Positions 11,771 to 24,057 of a DNA stretch of 64,000 bases are shown one piece after another (the first letter of the stretch is position 1; the number at the start of each line of letters is the position of its first letter). Source of the stretch: Adineta vaga (taxonomy: Eukaryota; Animalia; Rotifera); the NCBI GenBank assembly GCA_021613535.1, contig CP075492.1, positions 3,720,001 through 3,784,000 of the forward strand, read 5' to 3'. Made by a program: the position numbers and the translations under genes. Under the pieces are notes generated by a model. It was not told where the DNA came from and ran no database searches. It saw only the letters and a program-made list of their open reading frames with translations.

Positions 11771-12840
11771 TCAGATTCATCGTATTTGCTAACACTAGCT
11801 TTAGAGCGATGAGTCTTTGCTGGTTCTACAGCGCGATTGAATGCTCTCGAATATTTGATAATTTTTGTATATTTCGGTTCAAGTTCGATATTCCATCAAA
11901 TGTTATGTAATTGATTTATTACTACGAAATTACCTTGTTGAACAGCATCAACATTTGGTTGAATCGAGTACAAAGAAATATTTCCTTCTAATTCACTTCT
12001 CAATACAACATCAACTTTTTCTTGTACACTATTAGCAACAGTTATTGTTCCATCCCATGATTCTTTGATATAATCTTGATCAAGAATTTTCACAGAAGAA
12101 TTATCAGCTGCTTTGAACTGTTCCCGAAGCTTATTCTTCATGTCGTACACGAATACCAGGTGCTTTAGTTAAATGTATAAATACTGGATTATTTTTCAGT
12201 GTAAACATCAACGTTCCTTGACAAACAAATTGATAATCATCTTTAGTGATTAAAACTGGTCAGGATAGGCATCGTAATTTTTTCATTTCGTTCAAGTAAA
12301 ACATTCGAAAAATTGTATAGATAGAAATCGCATCATTTCCACTTTCCTTCATACCTTTTTCTTCATGATCGAATGATCTATACGATGGTTAAATCGATTC
12401 GTATTTTGATGATAATTTGAAGATGACGATGATGTTAATTGATATAAAAAGTCTTTGACAGATTTTGTACTTGAGAATGGATCGATCACATCAATATGTT
12501 TTGGTAAATTTGGATGACCAACAATACAAGACAGCTTTTCGACGTTAAAATGTTAAATATTTCATAATACCTTTTCCATTTGAAGTTGATTCATTTTGTA
12601 ATGAATTGATAAACACTTTTTAGTCGTTTCTTTTTGGAAAGTAGTTTTTAGATTTTTTCCACGAATCGAAATAATTGATTTCATTGGAAGAGGCTGTGCT
12701 GAAAATTTATACAAAAAATTTAAATACTGGATTTACGTCTAACATTTAAACTATTCTTGCCCGTCGTCCAAATCGAAACCACTCAAATAACTCGTACAAA
12801 CCTGTTTTTTTTTCAACAAAAACTAAAACAATGCCTATCG
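11771..12840 (-). pseudogene. Degraded multi-exon gene, possibly DUF4139-like
   Basis: Coding-like fragments broken by frameshifts and stops: VGHPNLPKHIDVIDPF, VLITKDDYQFVCQGTLMF, TITVANSVQEKVDVVL, WNIELEPKYTKIIKYS. Remnant GT donors are present. Confidence 0.35.
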
Positions 12841-13298
12841 ACGACGTAGTTATTTGACGACAATAAATCTTATAAATTTGCTCGTTCTCTACTCCTGTTT
12901 CCAATATAAAAACACTTCTTTTTCTTCGAAGTAAGTCGATGTAATTGATTATGAAGAGCAAATTTCACTAGCATTAAAACAGAAATAAATATTGTTTATA
13001 TTAAAAGATTTTGTTTAACAAAATGTAAATGCGAGCGCGTGGATAATATTTGCTTCTACAATAGTATTTAGATTGACGTTAATAATGGAATATTATTATA
13101 GGCTATATTCGGAATAAATCTGAGAATGTTTGAGCATTTTTTCAGTCAATTTCAAACTCATACCGGAACAGCTCAGGTTTGATGCATATCTGGTGTGAAA
13201 CTGCTGGAATATAAAGGACCAAAACTATTCATATTAACTTATTCAAAATAGATGAGAAAAATTTATTCACACTTCAGTCTTAAAAATTATTAAATAAT

Positions 13299-14812
13299 TT
13301 ATGTATGAATAGATAAAAATAGTTTCCAGCGAACTGTTCTTCGAAGTTTTCTTTTCGATTTCTTCGATAGATTACAATTATCAATTCGAAATCTTTTCAA
13401 TGGTCGATTATTTTCGATCATTTGTACTAAACAATCAGTACTTAAATCATCGATTAATCGATTTCCATTCAGATGTAATTCTCGAAGATTACTCTTCTTC
13501 AGAAGAATTGCATTTACTAACAATTGTATTCCTTGATTACCAATATCATTAAAAGATAAGCTAAGAAAAGTTAATGTTTGATTTCTTTTCAACATTTCAA
13601 CCACATGTTTCACGCCGAGATCAGTTATATCATTGGAACCAAGATCAAGAAATTGAAGAATCGAATGACTAGATGAAATCTTTTCCGATAAACATTTCGC
13701 ACCCATGTCTGCCACATGATTATTATTTAGACTCAACGTATTCAATGTTATATTGTTTTCTAAAGCGATAGCAATGATCGATGCACCATATGCTGTTATT
13801 TTGTTATTTTGTAAATAAAGTCTTCGACATTGTTTCTTGATAATTGCCTGTGCAACGACAATATCCATATCTTTATCAATCAAATTCCAATGACTTAAAT
13901 TAACGGTCGATTGTAATTCACATTTATCAATGTGTGCTTCGAGTTGTGAATTTTGATGAGAAGAAGGTAGAGGATGATACACCAGCATATCTAACAATAA
14001 AAAATAACCTTTCGTGAATGTTCACTATAGAAACTAGAAATAAAATTCTAACCTTTCGATGATGTATTCAGATATATATGAGAAGTTCGTAATGAACTTA
14101 ATCGATAAGAACATGATTGTCCGTTAGTATCTTCATAAACTCCATGACATACTCGACTCATCATTTCTTCAACATTTAAATTTGGTTCACTAAGATATTT
14201 GAGTAGATTGTAAGTAAACATACTATTACGAGCATTCTTCGAAGTTTCTACAGCGACTTCATTTAAACCACATGCAAAAACTATCAATGTATCTGGAACA
14301 CTTTTCATCGATGTTAAATTAATATCTGTTATATTCTCTTGTAAGACGGCGGTTTTTCTTATTTGTACATTTGATAAAGCTGGTATCTCTGCAAGATTAT
14401 TACGACAACAATCAAGTAGAAGAATCATTGAACATGGTTGTTGTTTCATTATTAAATCGATTATCGAATGAATACTTAGTGAATAATATGGATACATTTC
14501 AAAGTCGTCGGAAAGACATTGATTATCGACACCAATTAAATAATGTTGTTCTTTCCATTGAACACCATGACCAGAATAAAAAACAATAATAAGATCATTC
14601 TTGTGAATATGTCGTTGAAATTGAAGAATCTTTTGCACCATTTTTATATATGTTAAATCAATACCAATAGTTACTTGAAATCCAATTTTTTCTAAAGTAT
14701 TTCCAATATCTAGTGTATCATTGATACAACAATTTAATTTCACTCCAACTTCATAATTGTTATTTCCAATAAGTAATGCCAGTTTTCTCGAACATTCTTC
14801 ATTTGAAGTCAT
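13299..14812 (-). CDS. Caspase-family (peptidase C14, para/metacaspase-like) domain fused to ribonuclease-inhibitor-type LRRs
   Basis: RKLALLIGNNNY, FYSGHG and LLDCCR (His/Cys dyad intact). A 62-bp GT-AG intron (14052-13991) joins this in frame to LxxLxLxxNxIxxxG repeats. Confidence 0.85.
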
Positions 14813-15092
14813 TCATTCAGTATTTATAACACAAAAAAATCTATGTAAAAATGCAATTTAATCGACTGATTTATTTGTGAAACAAGATCAGATTAAATTA
14901 CTGGAAGAACGGACAAGTATTTTCGCTTCAATCAAAGTTAAAAATATTTACTCAACATACTTTAGTAGATGAGAATATTTATAAACAAAAATATCGTGTC
15001 GAAACAACCGATATGTCATCTTTTTGTTTATTTGTCCTTGAGAAAGAGAGAGAACAACTTTTACATGTATTACTCATGTTATTCTCTGTTCT

Positions 15093-15250
15093 CTTATCTG
15101 TCTCTCTCTCGTAAGAGACGAATACAATTCCAGTATGAAGATGTCGACAGTTGAAAACAATACAGCTCAATTCTTATCAACTATAATGACAATAAAAAAC
15201 TAAACCTATAAAAAAGACAACTCAAAACAAAAACGTTTCATCACATTATT
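15093..15250. repeat. Diverged copy of the 3' flank of the 10566-11411 gene
   Basis: TCAACT(AT)AATGACAATAAAAAACTAAAC..TCAAAACAA and TTATCT.TCTCTC..ATACAAT are shared with about 10370-10565. Confidence 0.65.
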
Positions 15251-15284
15251 CTTCCTTTGTACTTCATTTTGAATTTAACTAAGT

Positions 15285-15585
15285 TAGTCCAATCATCAGC
15301 AGATGAAGCTAAGACACGTTCGATATAACCACCTGTACTTACATAACAACTATGTTTATGTGCAACATCAATTAGATCACGTAAACGATTTTCAGGCATC
15401 AAGAAAAATGATCCACCGATAAATCTTTAATAATAGTAATAATATTCGAAAAGCTATCATATGATGTTGTATCAGAGTGACTTACTTGATTCCATCAATG
15501 TACGTATTCAGCCCAATCTTCAAGTAATTCATTGAGATAAGTTCGTGTTACAGATATGTATATAATAAGGATCACGAATTTCTGA
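15285..15585 (-). pseudogene. Phosphosulfolactate synthase (ComA)/HSA32-like pseudogene fragment
   Basis: EIRDPYY / SVTRTYLNELLEDWAEY / IDGIK, intron, FIGGSFFLMPENRLRDLIDVAHKHSCYVSTGGYIERVL. Two frameshifts; 3'-truncated. Confidence 0.75.
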
Positions 15586-16923
15586 TCAATTATTTATCGA
15601 TCGAATTATATTTAATAATGAAAATGAATATCAAATGTATTTTTTTTTTGTTCATTTGTTATGATATCTTCCGTCTGTTATTTCGAATCATTGTCTTGAA
15701 TAAAATAGATGTCGCCTGTTTTCTATCAATTGCATTGTAAATCATCACTCGTTGAAGAACATATGATAGAAGTATTAAATCCAACAAATATAGAACAGAT
15801 TATGGTCACCTGTTATTGAAAACATTGCATACGAACGATCCGATAATCCTTTGGTCGACCTTTTATTTCCACATTGTTTTACATCAATCAATGAAGTGCA
15901 GATATAGACACGCAAACGAACAATTTATTCATGAAAAAAAGGATCATGTTTGATTCCAACTTGTACAAGGACTTATTTTAAAAATCGATTCAACAGTAAT
16001 AAAATAATAGAATATAGAACAATTTGAAAACAAAAATAATTTATATCTATATTTTTTTCTATTGCTCATAGTTAAACTTACAGATTTTTATATAGAATAC
16101 CGACATTATTCAAATTGAAAAAGGATTATCTCATCAGATACTTCTCACTATGAAATATAAAGAAAGTACTAAGTAAAAATCGTTCGATAAAAATTATTAG
16201 AGCATTAATAAATTCAGTATTTAATATAGAAACACCATGATTTTCTTCGGTAAATATGTAAAATACAGGAATATAATTATTCTTATTTTCTGAACAGATG
16301 ATTCAAACAACAAGAAAATACGCCCATCGAAATCTATAATTAAGATCTGATCACATGTTCGCAGTATGAATTGAATGAGGACGATTTTTTTCTTTGGAAT
16401 TAAATGCAATCGATTATGTTTTTCTTTTTCAAATGAATTATTCTTTTAATCGAAATTGTAAAGATTTGTATTTTGAATGCAATACAGTAGATTGCATTAT
16501 TCATATAAAAAAGAACAGGTTTGTAGATTCAACAGAATAATAATCCGATCTCGACCTCATAGAATTCATACTACGAAATCTGTATTGAATAATCGCTATT
16601 GATTGATTATAGCAAGAAAATAATCAAAGGGTCGAGGTTAACCGTTATCAAACATAAAATTATAGGTCATGATCGACATGAAAAGAATATGTTGTTACCT
16701 AGCGCGCTCAGATTTCCATTCATCTTTCCTGTATTTAAATATACGAATCGACAAAAACGTCAAGGTCATTGTGGAAAAGAAGATTGCATTGTAAGTATTC
16801 TTGAGTTTCTGGAGTTTTTAATATTAAACAAAAATCTGTTGTCGCAAGACATCAACCAAATGAGAAAGAAGACGAAATTTAATGTGAGTGTATTTTAGTC
16901 CATATAGTGGTTTCAACTAAACA

Positions 16924-19900
16924 ATGATTATGAAATTTCTTGTCATCATTCTTGGTGTGATCGTTATCAATGGATTACCTACAATCAGTGTAAGTCATTG
17001 TTGAAAAATTGAATAATTTAATACAATTTATTTTATTTTTGATTTAGGATCCAAAAAATACACAAAGCAAACTAGAACAAAATCGTAGGTTTTATTATTT
17101 ATATCAAGAAAATTCATTAAAAGACTATAACTAATCGTTTTTTTTAGCTAATATATACCAAGGTGATATGCGATTTCCGACTGTTGTTCGATCGAGTGGT
17201 GTAAGTGAATTCTATTGATTATGATTTTGGTAATTATTTTGAAGAGAACTATTTTTAGCGTTCATTAGCCGCAACATCACGTACTTCGACAGTAGCTTGG
17301 CCAAATGGAATTGTACCATACGAATTTCGTTCTGGATACAGTTCGTAGTTGAACAAATTATATAAATAATCATAGAGAATGACTTTTTATAGGTGAAGAA
17401 GATGAATTATACATTGTTGAAGTGATGAGAAAATTAGAAATTATGGTCGCTGTTAATAATGTACGTTGTGTACAATTTCGACCAAGAGTTTCTTCAGATC
17501 AATATTATATTATTATCGAAAATGGATCAGGTTGTTCATCCTATGTGAGTATATTCAAAAGTTAAATGTATATGTTTATAAAATTCTATACACTTATATA
17601 ATTTCAGATTGGACAAAATCCTGGTATAAACATGGAGCGAATCGTTACATTACAAAGTCCAGGTTGTCTTTATGATGGAACAATATTGCATGAACTTCTA
17701 CATACATTAGGTAGATTTTGATCTGAATTGGATCGTATACATTCATCTATAATAACGGAGGCTTATATATATATATAGGATTTCATCATGAACAATCACG
17801 ACCTGATCGTGATAATTATGTTCGAATTAATTGGGATAATATACAAACAGGTATATAACAATTTTCGAGTTTCTCTACGAATTCATATGTTCTTTTGTAT
17901 AGGTATGGACACACAATTTGAGAAATATACTACACAAACAACAACATATTTGAATACATCATATGATTATGAATCAGTGATGCATTATGCACGAACGGCA
18001 TTTTCTCAAAATAGTTTGCCTACTATTGAACCATTGCAAGCAAATGTTACCATTGGACAACGTGATCGTTTAAGTTCAACTGATATTCAAGCTGTTCGAT
18101 TATTTTATAGTTGTACAAGCCAAGGAGTTACATTACCACCACCAACGATACAGAATACAAGTAAATAAAAACTGCGTTTTGTAATACTCGGTTTTATGTC
18201 ATGGGGCAATAATGTTATTCTTTCAAGAGAAATTCATGAAATTACAAAATATCTTTTCTTTTTCAATATAGCTAATTTATTTACAACGAATTCAACATAT
18301 TCATCAAGATTGACAACAATTAGTTCAAGATTTAATCGAAACAATAGTACCAATGGAAATTATTATTACGAAGCCATTCTAGTAACTGTTTCAATTGCTG
18401 GCCTTTATCGCTTTAGAAGTGTTAGCGACATTGATACATACGCTTATCTGTATAATCGTAGTTTCCTTCCATTATCACCATCAATGAACTTAATTGTTCA
18501 AAATGATGATGGAGTCAATACTAATCAATTTCAATTTACAATATCCCTTCAACCAAATGTTCGATATATTTTAGTGACTACAACATATAATGAAAATGTT
18601 ATCGGTTCCTTTAATGTTATTGTATCTGGTCAAGTTAGAGTTAATCTTGAGCGTTTAAATATTACTGGGATAACGTCAGCAACAACAACGCAAGCCACGA
18701 ATAGATTTTCTACAAGCAATTGTAAGTAAAACTTAATCCGACATAATCACCTTTAAAAAAATATCTTATTTAGATTTGTTCACATCCAATTACATCAGTG
18801 CATTGACCAACAATAGTGCTATATTTACTCGTCATGGTGGATCAGGTCGATTTCATTATGAAGCTATTGTGGTCAGTGTGTTGACAAGTGGTAATTATAC
18901 TTTCATGAGCAATAGCTCAATAGATACATATGCTTACTTGTATGCCAACAACTTGAATGCATCCGATCTTTCTGTGAATCTGCTTATATACGATGATGAT
19001 AGTGCTGAGAATAGGCAGTTTCGTCTTACGTACTATCTCCAATCGAATAGAAGATACATTTTAATATTTACAACATACGCTCCTAATGTGATAGGACGAT
19101 ATTCAGTTACTGCGACTGGTCCAACTCAAGCTAGTCTGAGTTCTATTGATCTCATGCTTATACCATCATCTATTAGTACGACTCCACCAATGACAAGTAT
19201 GTATACTTCTTGTTTTGAGAGCATCTGTAGAAGAAAAGATACTTCGAGTTTAATACACATTAGATCATATGAAACATATAATTCATATTTTAATAATTCC
19301 ATATTCTTCTTAGCTTCCAGATTACCGACAACCAATGTAAATATAACTATCACAAGCTACAATAGTGCATTGACCAGGAATAGTTCGGTATACGGTCGTG
19401 GTGTTACAGGTTTAACATATTATTATGAAACATTAGAAGTAACAGTCTCTTCAAATGGTAATTATACGTTTATGAGCAATAGTTCAATAGATACGTATGG
19501 TTACTTGCATGCCAACAATATCAGTGCATCTGATCTCTCATTGAATCTTCTTACATCCGATGATGATGGTGCTGGAAATATGCAGTTTCGTTTTACATAT
19601 AATCTTCAAATGGGTAGAAGATACATCTTACTATTTACAACATATAGCAGTGGTGTGACAGGAACATTTTCAGTTAACGTATCTGGTATCGCTCGAGTCA
19701 ATATCAATCGTATCAATCTTATACTTGCATTGCCATATTATAGTACAATACCAACAACAATCGGTAAGTATCTATTCTTAATAAAGTCTACAAATACATG
19801 AATAACTATTGACTAATAAACAACATTTTATTGTTCTCAGTTACAAGACCACCGGTCACCAGTAGTAATTTGATCATTACAAACTACAATAGTATATTGA

Positions 19901-20995
19901 TGAATAGTAGTTCAACATACAGTCGTTTCGGTACAAATGGAAGATATTATTATGAAGCCTTGGAAATAACAGTCTCCACAAATAGTAGTTATACGTTTAT
20001 GAGTAATAGTTCAATAGATACGTATGGTTACTTGTATGCCAACAATATCAGTGCATCTGATCTCTCATTGAATCTTCTTACATCCGATGATGATGGTGCT
20101 GGAAATATGCAGTTTCGTTTTACATATAACCTTCAAATGGGTAGAAGATACATCTTACTATTTACAACATATAGCAGTGGTGTGACAGGAACATTTTCAG
20201 TTAACGTATCTGGTATCGCTCGAGTCAATATCAATCGTATCAATTTAATACTTTTGGTACTATCGACGAGTACACCATTGACATATACCTCATTGAGATC
20301 AATCATGCCTACTACGAGAAGTAATTCTGGTTGTAATAATTCTAATGATCGACCAATGTGTCCAGGTATGTTTTTGAATATATACCAGTATAATTAAATT
20401 GGATATAACTGTAACTTTTTTTTTCATTTGTTAGGTCAAGTAATAACAGTTGGACGAGGTAAGATTTTTGTTATTTTTCATAGGAACCATGTTCTTGATC
20501 TTTATTCCTGCTTTAGTTCTTACAATTGATCCAGTTAATCGAAATTTAACAGGTCAATTCTTTCCACCTAACAATACATTTTTTAATCTAAATGATTCCA
20601 GTACAATGACTGGTTATATTCGATCTGTTACAGTTCAATACCATCGATCACGACTACCAACTGTAAATGCTCGTGTATGGATTTATGGAATCATTCCAAT
20701 TCTTGGTGGTTTCATGACTTGTAGTCAATATATGATTCCTCCTTCTCAAATATCCACATCGGAAATGATTCAAACGTATACTATTCCAGATAATACAATA
20801 AATATATTCGAGAAAACTTATATCGGCATTGGTATACAAGATACATCAGCATCAATTGCAACAACATTCGGTAGTGTTGCATTACGTACAGATAATGCAA
20901 ATCTATCATCAAATCTTGTAACTGGTGGACCAAGATATTTTTGGCCTGATAGTACACAAAATGGTATTAAATTAAGTTATACAATCATGACATAA
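16924..20995 (+). CDS. Astacin (M12A) metalloprotease with four C-terminal PPC-like beta-sandwich repeats, many exons
   Basis: Signal peptide; YQGDM; WPNGIVPY; GSGCSSY; HELLHTLG/FHHEQSRPDRD (zinc site split by an intron); YDYESVMHY Met-turn; four repeats of YYEA..Y.F.S.S.IDTY.YLY..DD..QF. Confidence 0.9.
19462..20244 (+). repeat. Near-identical ~255-bp direct repeat within astacin repeats 3 and 4
   Basis: 19462-19716 versus 19989-20244 differ at only about 3 positions. Confidence 0.9.
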
Positions 20996-21154
20996 TCATC
21001 GTTCTCTTTTTTTTCTTCAAACCGTGAACTATTTAATCTTATTCATATTCTTTTATCTATTTTTATTCGCAAACAATATATTTTAATCAACAGAAGAACT
21101 TTTTTTCTCATACGCGCACATGTTAGATAACACTTCTGATTACAACAAAAAAAG

Positions 21155-21790
21155 TCATGATAGTTCTATTTTGTTGTTCAATTGCTGTTGAACAGGAAAT
21201 TGAAGACTTTTACGAAAATGAATTCCTTTGAATTGTAATGAAGTAATTGAATTAAAGAGTTGAATTGTTGTTTTAAGTAATTTTGTTGATGGTTGATAAG
21301 TACCGGAATTGTTATTTAATCGAAAACGAGATATTTCATCTCGCCAAAATTCGCCGGCAAACCGAACATCAGTTGAACGTTTCGCTAATGAGATATGTTT
21401 ACAAAGAAGATGATATGTCACATGATGATGACGTGGAACACGAGCAAAGATTAAAGTGTCGCCCACAATAACAAAATTATAGCGTATTTTCGAATTATTT
21501 TCACATAATAAATCATTTAGTAGATCACTTAAGGAAAATTTCGATGGTAATGCTTCACTTGTTTTACTTATTTGACATCTTGTTGCATAAATAATCGGTT
21601 TTGAATAGAAAAAATGACGTTTACTTAGATTTGTCCATGATTTTGTCGGAAATGCTGTAAGTTTATTGGGAAGATATTCATCGATAATGTCTGATGAAAG
21701 TTTAAATTCATAAATTGGATATTGATCAAAAACACTTGCAGTTATATTACCAAATGAAGATGGAATTGATTTATTTCCGGTGATTTCCAT
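21155..21790 (-). CDS. Hypothetical protein with H..FAGEF..NNSGTYQP motif
   Basis: Intronless 211-aa ORF with KHISLA..VRFAGEF..LNNNSGTYQP. Confidence 0.65.
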   Translation of the reverse strand: MEITGNKSIPSSFGNITASVFDQYPIYEFKLSSDIIDEYLPNKLTAFPTKSWTNLSKRHFFYSKPIIYATRCQISKTSEALPSKFSLSDLLNDLLCENNSKIRYNFVIVGDTLIFARVPRHHHVTYHLLCKHISLAKRSTDVRFAGEFWRDEISRFRLNNNSGTYQPSTKLLKTTIQLFNSITSLQFKGIHFRKSLQFPVQQQLNNKIELS

Positions 21791-22180
21791 ATGAAATAAA
21801 TATGTTCGCTATTGTTTTTGTCCCGACATTCATATCAAATATCTATGAGAAAGTTTGTCACGAATGATTTCTTATTAACAGTTCTAATTATTGGAAAATT
21901 ATTTAGAAGAAATCATGCCTTCATATACACATGGGCGGGAGACATACTCGTTAGTGAAAATTGCAAGTTATTTACAATTTTAACATTCGACTTCTGTGAC
22001 GTCGGAACGTTTGAAATAGTACATTTAGGTTTACATACTCTTTTTTACACAAAGTAAATGTGTTTTCTGGATACGGAAAGATGTCTTATGAATAGATTAA
22101 AATGCTATATCCACTGAGAAAAGTCTCATTCTATTCTGAGCTCAACATTGGACGATCTTTCTATTTATTGAATATTTTAT

Positions 22181-23157
22181 TCAATTAGTATCGCGTGTTG
22201 ATATTAATGTTAAATAGATAATATATTTTCGTTTGTTTGAATCTTAATCTACATTTTCAATTTCAAAAGATCTTCCAGGTCGTAGAAGAACTTCTTCTTC
22301 ATTTGAATAAGCGGATAATGCAGCAATATTCATGTTTAATGTTCGATATGATGTTCGTGTTTTCGGTTTTAAGATAAATAAAACCTTTCCATATTGTTCA
22401 GCTTTCTTTCGATTACGACTACAGGATGTAAATGCTTGGAATGATCGTCGTTTATCTTTACTTTGAGTCGCTTTTCGATATTCTTCAATCATTTCATATG
22501 TTAATTGAGCACCTCGATATACTTCTGCACTTGTTCGATGTGTCATATTTTCAAATTTTCTTTTTCCAAATGTGTTCATATTGTTTATCACCAATTAAAC
22601 GCATTGTTTGATTAAGAATTTTATAAAGAAATGATTCAAGAGTATAGAGATAAACACAACATTCACCAATTTCTTTCTTGGATTTACTTTTTGCTTTATC
22701 TAATTGTTCTACAAGCCATTTAGCTTCACATTGTTTTCCTGATAATTGCCCTTCGGATAAGATTCCTTTCATTGCTTTCGTAACTAATTCCGTTCTTCGA
22801 TTATCCCAATCAATAGTCGATTTAATACCGAATTGTTCTTCAAATGTATCGGTAAATATTCTTTTTAGACCAGCTAAATTATGAAATGAAATCGAAGGTA
22901 TTGTAGGATTAGACATAAAACGTACTTCCCTTAATGGATCATTTTCTCGATTGATTTCCATACGTTTTATCGCATGTTGTTCAGTTGAATCGTTAGTAGA
23001 TATTTGAATTCGCTGTTCAAAATCAATATGATAATTATCAAGATTAACATCCGATGTTGATGCTTGGTATGCGTCTTCAATAATAGCATTTTCAACATCA
23101 GAATACGGATTCCATTCAGATGATTTCCAAAACCATTCAATACGACTATGTGCCATG
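22181..23157 (-). pseudogene. WWE domain + R-S-E ADP-ribosyltransferase, disrupted
   Basis: WFWKSSEWNPYSDVENAIIEDAYQ (WWE); LYTLESFLYKILN; VYRG, FTSCS, NEEEVLL. Frameshift at about 22551 with no usable intron, and an in-frame TAA at 22244-22246 before the natural end. Confidence 0.8.
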
Positions 23158-24057
23158 ATAGTAATCAAAAATAAGACTGCAATTTAAATGCAAAACAAAC
23201 AATGAAATAAATTTTCACATTAAAAAAAATACGATAGCTAAGTTAATAAGATCAATGTGAATCCGTTTACTATGCATTTGAAAATCAATAAGAAATGTAT
23301 TTCGTGAAGAAATATGGTGACTTACTTTTTCTTCCATACGTTCGTATTCTTGAGAAAAAGAAAGGCTATTCAAACAAAATTCTGTTGACATCGTTGCCTT
23401 GGTAGTATAGCAATACAGCACGCTGTTTTCTTCTTCGTTGATTCATAAATGAAAATGGTAGAAAAAGAATATCAAACTTTATAAAAAGTTATCTTAGCTA
23501 ACATAGCGAGGTTACCTCTGTTAAAGGTCTTTCATGCTATAATCTTTCTCTATCAGCGGTACATACTGTCTTTTAGCGGAGAGATGTGACTTGAATCTAA
23601 ATAAGTCATGATGGATGTTGCGAAATCTGCAAAAGTTGATAAAAACTCGAACAATTTAGAGTTTCTTCTTCGAAAAAACGTAAGTTGGAAAGAGAAAATA
23701 CCGGCTGATGTTTTTAGTATTTTATTTTTGGTTGTCAAGTTGTGTAACAATTCATGACTTATTTTTCATGCTTGCTTGCTCTTTAAAGATTTCTTTTCAT
23801 TGAAAACTCTTTCGGTTCTGTACTTCCTAGGATTAAAAAACAGAACACGGCAATGTCCAAGTAGGATTTTTTCGTTACATAGAAGCTGTGCAGAGTTTTA
23901 CATCATTTTCAATATTTATAAACTGTTAACAGAATGTGTCGAACACTATTCGTTAAAATATATGATATTCGCAGTTTAGTTTTATCTTTCTTTCAATGAT
24001 CATGTATTTAATTTCATTGTTTTCTTTTAGTTATTTTTATAAACATTAGATTTAAGG

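Noticed and set aside
22551-22594. Programmed frameshift or intron joining the WWE and ART ORFs
   Set aside because: There is no GT-AG pair, a normally conserved segment appears to be missing, and a second premature stop exists; decay is the simpler explanation.
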